From Promethearchaeota archaeon (GTDB lineage: Archaea; Asgardarchaeota; Lokiarchaeia; Sigyniarchaeales; SOKP01), in NCBI GenBank assembly GCA_019058015.1, contig JAHLWH010000120.1, positions 1 to 11,669 of the forward strand: 11,669 nt of DNA. Reading direction: 5' to 3'. How positions within the stretch are numbered: the stretch's first letter is position 1; every line of letters begins with the position of its first letter. Made by a program: the position numbers and the translations under genes. Below the pieces are notes generated by a model. That model was not told the origin of the DNA and searched no databases. It saw only the letters and a list, made by a program, of their open reading frames with translations. This document shows, one piece after another, positions 1 through 7,341 of this stretch.

Positions 1-1
1 T

Positions 2-85
2 ACTAGTAATATTTGTAAGATTGAAAATTAATAACGAACTAAAAAGTAATAAAATAAATAAAATAGATTTTTTATTCAAATTCAT
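2..85 (-). CDS. 5' part of a secreted/membrane protein (signal peptide), truncated by the left window edge; not in the ORF track
   Basis: Manual translation from ATG at 85: MNLNKKSILFILLLFSSLLIFNLTNITS, open to the edge. Basic n-region (KK), long hydrophobic h-region, then NLT/NIT sequons. Starts 10 nt after the stop of the 915-aa gene (TAA GGTTATTAAC ATG), with an AAGGT SD-like element. Confidence 0.75.
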   Translation of the reverse strand, partial: MNLNKKSILFILLLFSSLLIFNLTNITS

Positions 86-95
86 GTTAATAACC

Positions 96-2843
96 TTATT
101 TTTCTAAAACTCTGCTTTTTATCTCTTTATTTTTATAATATATGATGATTAAAACAGGAAACAAGATAGGAGTCAAATAAAATATCATGAAATTTAATAC
201 AGAGAGCCTTATTTCTGTTTGGAAAGTTTCAATAATCAGAACTTTTCCAGAATCATCTTTTATACTTATTACATACTCCTTAGTTTCAAAATCGAAAGGA
301 TTTATGGATGGAGTTAAATCAACAATTATTTCATTTTCACCATATCCTATTTGATCCAAATTTGTAGGGAATGGAACATCATTAATATAAAGAGTAAAGT
401 TTAGTGGTATTTCTCTATGATTTATAATTTTTAGTATTAAAAATGCTCGCTGACCTTGATATACACTAGAAGGAAAAGATATGCTTTTTATTTCTATTGG
501 TTTTATAACAGAGATCTCCTTTTCACTGAAATAAATAGATTCTCCAGCTCTTGAGACATTAACATTGATTATTATTGAATTAGTTTGAATGTTGTTCTTA
601 ACTTGAACGTAAAAGGTCTTAGATCTTATCATATTAGCAGTAATATCAACATTTTCATCAATATTTTCAATATATAAACCAAATAATTCAACTTTAACGC
701 TTTGGTCTGTATCAGATAAGTAATTTCTAAAAGATATTGAAATTGGTAATGTGTCATTTTCAAATACTTCAGACTTATGGGATATTAATAAAACTTCAAC
801 TGATTGTTTGATTAAAATTGTAAAATTTAATGTTAAATATGTTTTTGTTCCGTTTTTTATGTAGAAATTGATCATTTTGTTTCCTAAATTGGCATTAGAA
901 TTCGCTGTAATGTAAATAGAAAATTTAGTATCGGTTTGTCCGTTTATTATTAGGTTTTTATCATCAACAGAGAAAGAATCACTCTCACTATAAAGAGTTA
1001 GAGAATCATTATTATTTCTTGTACTTGATACTGTAAGATTTACTTCAAGTGTTTCTCCTCGATAGATACCATTATCAATACCTTCGATTTCATCAGATTT
1101 AAATGATAACCCAGATGTTACTGTAAAATTAAAAGTATTAAAGGCAGTTGCTCTGAATGACTTATTTGCATAAACAGATATAGAATAAGTGCCATCAGCT
1201 AAATCATCATTAACTTTAAAGAGTATTGATTGGCTTCCAGAACTATCTGTATTATTAGGTTTAATTATTTCTAATATAGTTTCATTTGGATACCTTATTA
1301 AGAATGTAATATTAGCATCTTCTATATCGCAATCTAAAATAAAAGAACTTCCTACGCTTTCAAATTCATATTTTTTATAAAATCTATAATTACATGTTAA
1401 GTTTAAAGTTTCTTCGCCTTTAATTAAGATAGTATCGTTTAAATTTCCATTTAATTCCGTATTATAAAAGACTTCAGATATTTCATGATATGCTCGAATC
1501 AATAAATTGTTTGCATAAAAATCTTTAGTCTCATTAACTATGGCGTTTCTGGAAAAGATATATCCAGCATTATCGTTATCATACATATGAGTTTCAAAAA
1601 AAAGTTGGAATAAATCAGTCGCATTATGATAATATTTTGGTTTACTTGTAGCTTTAAAAAGGCTTAAAAGTGCCATTAAATACCAAGCATTATCTTCTAA
1701 CATCATTGGTCCATAGGGAACATCCCAGCCCTGAGAGGCATATCTCTCATATCCTCCATATGTATCATTATACAGATTATCGTTAATCTTTTGATATATA
1801 GTCTTAGCCATATCAATTGCCGTATCATTAGTACTTCCAGTTTCTATATAATATTCTGTAAGAGCAATTATGCCCAATGCATTTGTTTTCAAATATTTAA
1901 GTTGGTTAAGCCCATAAATTGCCTTGTCACGTTCATAAAATCCTTTGTAATTAGAACTATCCCAGAAATTAGAGGTCATATTTAATAGTGTATGATTTGC
2001 AAAATCTAAACATTCTTCCTCATATTGAAGATTTACATCAGCAAATCTATGCCATAATACATTTGCTATTACGGTTAGAAAATTCTCAGAAGAATACTTC
2101 ATATTACTATTATTATAATGATAAAAGCCTCCATATTGATGATCACGGTATTGAGATGTGTTTAATAATCTAAATTGAGTTTCCAGAATCTCTTTTGCAT
2201 CATCTCTCTTTTCTCCCGGAGATTCTTGATAATAATTTTCTATTAAAGGCAATAAAACACCAACGTTATCAATTAAATATCTAGTTGTATTAATTCCTCC
2301 ACCAGTACTATTAGTAGATTGAATAAATCCATATTGATATGTAGATTCATTTTCTGATAACCACAAAGGTTTTCCCTTCAGTTCTTTAATTTTATCGATA
2401 TTATCAGAAGAATCATTTTCATAACCAAAACCCCAATTATATAAAATATTATCTATTGAGTAAATTCTATTATCCACTAAGATATCCCCGGTCTTATTAC
2501 TGCTTCGAAAATAAGTTCCATTCATAATTGATAAAACAGATTCATTTTGGTATAAATGATTGAGAAAAAATTGAGTACTATTATCTAAGTGATTCAAAAA
2601 AGGATTTTCTAATAATGGAATTGTTGAGACTTTGGGATTAAGTGAATTTTCATTAAAATAAATATCAAATATATTATTGAGATTATCTTTATTTTGGAAA
2701 TTCGAATTTGAATTATCTTCTTGATGAAATGAAAAATTATTGTAATAAAACAAATTAAACACGAAAAAACTGATAATAAGAATAATTAGTACTTTATGTT
2801 GACATTTATTGCATCTTGATAATTTTTTTATCATAAAATACAT
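96..2843 (-). CDS. Membrane-anchored extracellular glycoprotein: six-hairpin (alpha/alpha)6 barrel (GH76/AGE-epimerase/YyaL-like), Ig-like beta-sandwich stalk, C-terminal TM anchor
   Basis: N-terminal hydrophobic segment (VLIILIISFFVFNLFYY). About six repeats of a [YW]-D-x(n)-G-[FY]...[KR]Y-x-x-[DE]N-helix type (e.g. YRDHQYGGFY..KYSSENF, FWDSSNYKGFY..KYLKTNA, LYNDTYGGY..MLEDNAWYLMALLSLFKAT..YYHNA). Beta-rich C-terminal half. C-terminal TM (FMIFYLTPILFPVLIIIYY) followed by a basic tail. About 30 N-x-S/T sequons. The start could be the later Met (MIKK). Confidence 0.75.
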   Translation of the reverse strand: MYFMIKKLSRCNKCQHKVLIILIISFFVFNLFYYNNFSFHQEDNSNSNFQNKDNLNNIFDIYFNENSLNPKVSTIPLLENPFLNHLDNSTQFFLNHLYQNESVLSIMNGTYFRSSNKTGDILVDNRIYSIDNILYNWGFGYENDSSDNIDKIKELKGKPLWLSENESTYQYGFIQSTNSTGGGINTTRYLIDNVGVLLPLIENYYQESPGEKRDDAKEILETQFRLLNTSQYRDHQYGGFYHYNNSNMKYSSENFLTVIANVLWHRFADVNLQYEEECLDFANHTLLNMTSNFWDSSNYKGFYERDKAIYGLNQLKYLKTNALGIIALTEYYIETGSTNDTAIDMAKTIYQKINDNLYNDTYGGYERYASQGWDVPYGPMMLEDNAWYLMALLSLFKATSKPKYYHNATDLFQLFFETHMYDNDNAGYIFSRNAIVNETKDFYANNLLIRAYHEISEVFYNTELNGNLNDTILIKGEETLNLTCNYRFYKKYEFESVGSSFILDCDIEDANITFLIRYPNETILEIIKPNNTDSSGSQSILFKVNDDLADGTYSISVYANKSFRATAFNTFNFTVTSGLSFKSDEIEGIDNGIYRGETLEVNLTVSSTRNNNDSLTLYSESDSFSVDDKNLIINGQTDTKFSIYITANSNANLGNKMINFYIKNGTKTYLTLNFTILIKQSVEVLLISHKSEVFENDTLPISISFRNYLSDTDQSVKVELFGLYIENIDENVDITANMIRSKTFYVQVKNNIQTNSIIINVNVSRAGESIYFSEKEISVIKPIEIKSISFPSSVYQGQRAFLILKIINHREIPLNFTLYINDVPFPTNLDQIGYGENEIIVDLTPSINPFDFETKEYVISIKDDSGKVLIIETFQTEIRLSVLNFMIFYLTPILFPVLIIIYYKNKEIKSRVLEK

Positions 2844-2917
2844 CTATACGTTTTAAAATATGTTTAATTTTGAAAAATTCCGATTTAACCTAATTCCTAG
2901 AGATCTTTTCTTACTAT

Positions 2918-2939
2918 AACTTTTTATTTTTAAAAAGTT
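2918..2939. promoter_or_regulatory. Perfect 9-bp inverted repeat AACTTTTTA-N4-TAAAAAGTT upstream of the 915-aa gene; candidate operator overlapping a BRE/TATA-like element
   Basis: Arms at 2918-2926 and 2931-2939 are exact reverse complements. The minus strand reads AAAAAG-TTATAGTA (BRE-TATA-like) about 70-80 nt upstream of the ATG at 2843. Confidence 0.4.
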
Positions 2940-3037
2940 GCTTCATTTAAATTTTTTTTTGAATTAATTTTGGCTTTCCATATTTTTGTTTAGAAAACTT
3001 GGAACAATTAAGAATGGAAGAAACTTTAAGATTGAGA

Positions 3038-4534
3038 TTAAATTGAGATTAATTTTTTCGAAATTATTTTCGTAATCTTATTAATTTTTATTCTTTCTTG
3101 TTCCATAGAATCTCTATATCTTATTGTGACTGATTGGTCTTCTAAAGATTCATAATCTATTGTAATGCAAAATGGAGTTCCTAATTCGTCTTGCCGTCTA
3201 TATCGCTTTCCAATTGAGCCAGCTTCATCATAAAAAGAAGCAATCCTATTATTTAATATTTCTTTTTGAACTTTTTTTGCTAAATCCCTAATTTCTTTTT
3301 TATTTTTAATTAACGGAAAAACAGCAACGGAATAAGGTGCAAGATATGGTTTTAACTTCAAATTTATTCGTTCTTCCTTAATATCAAAACAACTCTCTAA
3401 AAGGGTATATAATATACGATCAATTCCAAAAGCAATCTCGAGTACTTGAGGTATTTCTTTTATATTCGAACTTGTATCCAAAGAGATTTCGAAATTTTGT
3501 TTTGAAAATTCTTGGTGCCGTCTCAAATCATAATCTGTTCGATCATGAATTCCACAGATTTCAATCCAACCATACTGTCTTGTTTCTATTTCCAAATCCC
3601 ATGCGTCATCGGCATAATGAGCTCTTTCTGCAGGTGAATGTTGCCTTAAACGTATAAGTTCATCTTCATATCCAAACCTTTTAGTCAAAAAATATGAAAT
3701 ATAGAGACAATAGGCAAAAGCTGGTTTTTGTATAATTCCAGAGTTTATGGCTTCTTCAAGGGAAATAATATTTGGCTTATCTATATTTTTTGTTTGAGTT
3801 TTCCAATCTAAGAAGGGAAGTTTTTCACTTTTTACATCAAAATACTCCTCAAGCGTCATTTCTTGTTCCTTTCCTATGAATAGCTGTAATTCCAATTGAT
3901 CAAATGCTCTCATCCGGATAACTCCTTGCCTTGGGGATATTTCATTCCTATGAGCTTTACCATATTGAAAGACTTTGATTGGATATTGTTTTCGTGCATA
4001 ATTATCTAATCGATTAAATAATAAATATGTACTGGTTGCAGTTTCTGGGCGTAAATATGCAACATTATTATCTCCCACGTTAGTTTTTAACATTAAGTTA
4101 TATTCTTCAATTTCTCCAAGCAAACTATCACAATTGGGGCACTTAAGATTTTTAGTTTTGATAAGTTTATTTAATTCTTCCTTAGATAACCCATCAATCA
4201 TCATATCTGGTAATAATTCTTTTAGAATTTTATCTGCTCTATATAATAATTTACATTCTGTGCATCGAGTTATATAATCAATAAATCTCTCCAGATGCCC
4301 AGAAGCTTTCCAGACAATCTCAGGCATGATTGTTGGACATTCTACTTCTAAGAACCCAAAATATGAGAGTTCTTTCCTAAATAATGAGAGAATTTTATTT
4401 TTTAATGCTGAACCAGCTGGTCCATATGAATAAAAGCCAGCAAAACCACCATATATTTCCGGTGATGGGCCCCATATAAAACCTCTCCTCTTTACTAGAG
4501 AATTAAATGTGTCTATATTATCCTCAATTTTCAT
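3038..4534 (-). CDS. glyS: Glycine--tRNA ligase, homodimeric (alpha2) class IIa archaeal/eukaryote-like type
   Basis: KRRGFIW..EIYGG..GFYSYGPAG; VWKASGH..F.D; CxxC...CPxC insertion; YLRPETA; motif 2 GKAHRNEISPRQGVIRMRAFDQ; ERAHYA.DAWD.E; GWIEICGIHDRTDYDL..H; motif 3 EIAFGIDR; anticodon-binding domain YDEAGSIGKRYRRQDELGTPFCITIDY...VTIRYRDSMEQ.R. Confidence 0.97.
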   Translation of the reverse strand: MKIEDNIDTFNSLVKRRGFIWGPSPEIYGGFAGFYSYGPAGSALKNKILSLFRKELSYFGFLEVECPTIMPEIVWKASGHLERFIDYITRCTECKLLYRADKILKELLPDMMIDGLSKEELNKLIKTKNLKCPNCDSLLGEIEEYNLMLKTNVGDNNVAYLRPETATSTYLLFNRLDNYARKQYPIKVFQYGKAHRNEISPRQGVIRMRAFDQLELQLFIGKEQEMTLEEYFDVKSEKLPFLDWKTQTKNIDKPNIISLEEAINSGIIQKPAFAYCLYISYFLTKRFGYEDELIRLRQHSPAERAHYADDAWDLEIETRQYGWIEICGIHDRTDYDLRRHQEFSKQNFEISLDTSSNIKEIPQVLEIAFGIDRILYTLLESCFDIKEERINLKLKPYLAPYSVAVFPLIKNKKEIRDLAKKVQKEILNNRIASFYDEAGSIGKRYRRQDELGTPFCITIDYESLEDQSVTIRYRDSMEQERIKINKITKIISKKLISI

Positions 4535-4661
4535 AATTTCTCTAAATCAACCATTAAGATTAATAACAAAACAATAATAAAATAACAATAAAGATAAATA
4601 ATTAAATAATTAGTTTTTTTATAACGATATTAAAATTAAAAAACAAAAAATTGATTAGAAT
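4535..4661. promoter_or_regulatory. Divergent promoter region between glyS and the 7-TM gene
   Basis: 127-bp very AT-rich spacer between divergent starts. TATA-like TTTATA at 4618-4623, about 40 nt upstream of the ATG at 4662. Confidence 0.5.
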
Positions 4662-5468
4662 ATGATTTTTCAAGATAATAATATCTTAAACTTCGAACAA
4701 TCTCTGGAGTCAGGCCTCTACTTTATAATTATTGGATATTATTTTTTATTATTTGCCTTTTTTCTCCTTATGCGATTTAGATTAACAAAGAAGGAGTATT
4801 GGCTATTTTTTTCATTGTTATTTTTATGTTTTGCTTTTGCAAGAGTGTTTTTCATTATTAATGACTTCTATTTACCGCAGTTCAAAGATTTTATAGACGG
4901 GACAATAAATCGTTCACTGGCATTTTTACCAGGGTTGACATGGAAATTAGCGACGTTTTTTTCTTGGGTTGGTATAAGTTGTTTAATGGGAATTTTAGGA
5001 ATTTTATTATTTACTGAAAAGGATAAAAAATCATTAATTTTAAGAATTTTATTAATTATAGGACCGATAATTGTAAGTATCATGGCTTTAATATTACCTG
5101 ATGGATATTTTTTAACACAAGATGTTATAAGCGAATATGATTTAACTGTTGATTCCGTCTTTTTTACAATTGGATCATGGCAATATCCGATTGCTAGATT
5201 CTTATTTACTTTAATATTATCACCGATTTTTACCTTTATAATTCCGTTTTTATTTCTATATCTTGCTATCAAGACATTTGGGGTTTTGCGACGTTCTTAT
5301 TTACTTAATTCTATAGGCTTTCTTATATATTACACAGGAAGGATTCTTCAAGGAGCACTTCAATTTACAACACTCTCTTCTATGACTCAAGCATTAATTC
5401 CTCCATTTATAATCTTATTAGCGCTATTGTTGATTGTTATAGCTAATAATTATGAGCAACTGAGGTAA
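4662..5468 (+). CDS. Stand-alone seven-transmembrane protein of unknown function (reminiscent of 7TM sensor modules such as HisKA_7TM)
   Basis: Seven hydrophobic segments: GLYFIIIGYYFLLFAFFLLM; YWLFFSLLFLCFAFARVFFII; LATFFSWVGISCLMGILGILLF; LILRILLIIGPIIVSIMALIL; FLFTLILSPIFTFIIPFLFLYLAI; YLLNSIGFLIYYTGRILQGAL; ALIPPFIILLALLLIVIA. Basic loops follow TM1, TM3 and TM5 (N-out topology). No fused soluble domain. Confidence 0.8.
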   Translation: MIFQDNNILNFEQSLESGLYFIIIGYYFLLFAFFLLMRFRLTKKEYWLFFSLLFLCFAFARVFFIINDFYLPQFKDFIDGTINRSLAFLPGLTWKLATFFSWVGISCLMGILGILLFTEKDKKSLILRILLIIGPIIVSIMALILPDGYFLTQDVISEYDLTVDSVFFTIGSWQYPIARFLFTLILSPIFTFIIPFLFLYLAIKTFGVLRRSYLLNSIGFLIYYTGRILQGALQFTTLSSMTQALIPPFIILLALLLIVIANNYEQLR

Positions 5469-5490
5469 ATTGAAATTTAAGATAAAATTC

Positions 5491-5521
5491 AAAAAATTAT
5501 TTATAATAATCCTTTATAATA
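5491..5521 (+). promoter_or_regulatory. Putative promoter of the coiled-coil gene with a duplicated TATA-like box
   Basis: An A-run followed by TTTATAATA at 5500-5508 and again at 5513-5521, 50-70 nt upstream of ATG 5572. Confidence 0.4.
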
Positions 5522-5571
5522 GCTCTTAATACTAAGTCCATTTTTTTGATAAAAGATTTCAAAAATAAATT

Positions 5572-7221
5572 ATGTCGTTTCACGGTCAGCAAAACATACT
5601 TCCAATGTTTTATTTTAAAGAATATGCATCTAAGCCAATTTCTTTAAACGAAGAATTATCTTTATCTTTTTATTTGTTGACACATGACCTAAAAGAAAAT
5701 GAAAAAATAAAATCATTTGCACGTCTTTTAGTTCCAATGGTCTTTATACAAGGATTAATTTCAACTCATATTGTTTTAGAAGGATTATCAATTGCATCAT
5801 TTAATGATAAAATTACTAACCCTCCAAGGCAAGCAGTTGTTGGTCATATTTTAAGAAATATTGAGAATAGAACGCAAGTTGAGCTTCTTGAGAAAATTAT
5901 TGCTGTAATCACCTATAAAGATGAGGATGCAAAAGAATTATCTTCAATTAAAGAAGAGGAAGAAGAGGCTGAATTTAAAACAGTGACTATCAAATCTCTA
6001 TTAAATCCTGGATTATTAGAAGGTTTAAAGAAGATCCTACCAAAATTAAAGTATGTGCCTATAAGGGATTATACTGTTTTAGATAGTTCATTGATAACCG
6101 AATTAGCATTAGATTTAGCAGAATATTATAGAAATACTATTAAGTTATTAAAAGGAAATGCGATGCGATGGCAGAATTTAATCAAGTTAATCGATAAAGA
6201 AATTGATAAATGGCTATTAGATTTAAAAGTGAAGAAAAAAGATATTAAAGGACTATATGATTCGGAAATTGGAAAAATGAGTAAAATTATTGATTCTTCA
6301 ATTGTCAACGAGAGAATTAAAGAAGAGAAAGATAAAATTGACTTATGGGTTCAAATACAAAAAAAGAAACTCATTGAAGCAATATCCCAACAATTTATGA
6401 CTGTAGATCGAAAAATATTGGAATTAGGTGGTAAAAATAAATTTTTTACAAATTATAATGCTCTAAAGGCTTTTAGATTAGAGGAGGTAATTGCTAAATG
6501 CAGAAACCATTTAGGTGGTATGAATGAAAACATACGATCTTTATCAGATCTAGTAAGAAATATTTCGACTCAAGTTGATGACTATGTTAAAAGAAGTGAA
6601 GAAATCAATCAGAAAGCTACACAAAGATTAGAAGATTTAAAAAAAAACTTAGGTGAACAACTTTCTAAGAAAGATGAAATGATATTAAAGTATCAGAAGG
6701 AAAAAGAGTTTGAATCTGGTGAATTAAAAAATTTTAAAAATAATATAAAAAATAAATCTCAAGAAATTAAAGATATAATATCGAAAAAGAGTGAAGATTG
6801 CTTAAGAGAAGCTAAAATTCTTGAAAATTGGAATATAAAAGATAGCGAAGCAGGGAATTTATCCATGCCTGTAATTTGGGTCTTTTTTCCATTATATATG
6901 AACTTAATAGAAAGTGAATTTGAAGAAGAAATTAAAATACTTTTGCCAGGCTTCATAAATCGAAATGCATTAAATACAGAATCATTAAAAGAAGAATTGG
7001 ATCCCTCTTATTCCACATATTTACAAAATTTAATGATGAAAATTGAAGAAGACATGAAGGTTCGAAGTAATTTTGAGTTCTCTGGAGAGAAGAATAATTT
7101 ATTAGAAGATTCAAATATTAAAAAGCAGATTCAAAATGGGATTTCATCTTTACAAAGTTCCGCTATAATTAGTGATGTTTTAGCTAAAGAGATGGAAGAA
7201 AAGTTAAATTTTATCTCTTGA
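5572..7221 (+). CDS. Hypothetical soluble protein with a long central coiled coil flanked by alpha/beta terminal regions
   Basis: 549 aa. Residues ~175-420 are K/E/L/I-rich with heptad-like periodicity. Termini carry hydrophobic beta-strand-Pro motifs (FARLLVPMVFIQ; IWVFFPLYMNLI). No Walker A motif, no TM, no signal peptide. Confidence 0.8.
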   Translation: MSFHGQQNILPMFYFKEYASKPISLNEELSLSFYLLTHDLKENEKIKSFARLLVPMVFIQGLISTHIVLEGLSIASFNDKITNPPRQAVVGHILRNIENRTQVELLEKIIAVITYKDEDAKELSSIKEEEEEAEFKTVTIKSLLNPGLLEGLKKILPKLKYVPIRDYTVLDSSLITELALDLAEYYRNTIKLLKGNAMRWQNLIKLIDKEIDKWLLDLKVKKKDIKGLYDSEIGKMSKIIDSSIVNERIKEEKDKIDLWVQIQKKKLIEAISQQFMTVDRKILELGGKNKFFTNYNALKAFRLEEVIAKCRNHLGGMNENIRSLSDLVRNISTQVDDYVKRSEEINQKATQRLEDLKKNLGEQLSKKDEMILKYQKEKEFESGELKNFKNNIKNKSQEIKDIISKKSEDCLREAKILENWNIKDSEAGNLSMPVIWVFFPLYMNLIESEFEEEIKILLPGFINRNALNTESLKEELDPSYSTYLQNLMMKIEEDMKVRSNFEFSGEKNNLLEDSNIKKQIQNGISSLQSSAIISDVLAKEMEEKLNFIS

Positions 7222-7238
7222 AAGATTCTTATTAATTT

Positions 7239-7292
7239 TATTAAATCTTACTCAATTAGAAATATAAGATTTAATATATTTTGCCTTTTTTT
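7239..7292 (+). terminator. 12-bp inverted repeat followed by T-tracts; candidate terminator or operator after the coiled-coil gene
   Basis: TATTAAATCTTA (7239-7250) and TAAGATTTAATA (7265-7276) are exact reverse complements with a 14-nt spacer, followed by TATTTTGCCTTTTTTT. Confidence 0.4.
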
Positions 7293-7341
7293 ATTAATTA
7301 TAAATAATTTTTCTTAAAAATATAAGAATTTTCAGATTATT

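Noticed and set aside
1189-2173. Three short plus-strand ORFs (1189-1380, 1791-1985, 1988-2173)
   Set aside because: Antisense shadows inside the 915-aa gene; non-ATG starts, no recognisable motifs.
3472-3657. 61-aa plus-strand ORF
   Set aside because: Lies antisense within the conserved catalytic core of glyS.
4556-4612. Short repeats AATAACAA (4562, 4581) and tandem TAAATAAT (4595, 4603) in the divergent spacer
   Set aside because: Low-complexity A-rich sequence with no regular repeat-spacer structure, so not CRISPR or a supportable repeat array.
4868-5272. 134-aa minus-strand ORF
   Set aside because: K/N/I-rich mirror of the T-rich codons of the 7-TM gene; a typical antisense artefact.
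4662-5468. Rhodopsin (schizorhodopsin/heliorhodopsin) or bona fide GPCR assignment
   Set aside because: No Lys in helix 7, no RYxDW-type motif and no DRY/NPxxY motifs.
6126-6956. Two short hydrophobic minus-strand ORFs (6126-6308, 6759-6956)
   Set aside because: Antisense to A-rich coiled-coil codons, which yields spurious F/L/S/I-rich peptides.
5572-7221. SMC/Rad50 or dynamin assignment
   Set aside because: No Walker A/B, signature motif, zinc hook or GTPase motifs; too short for SMC.
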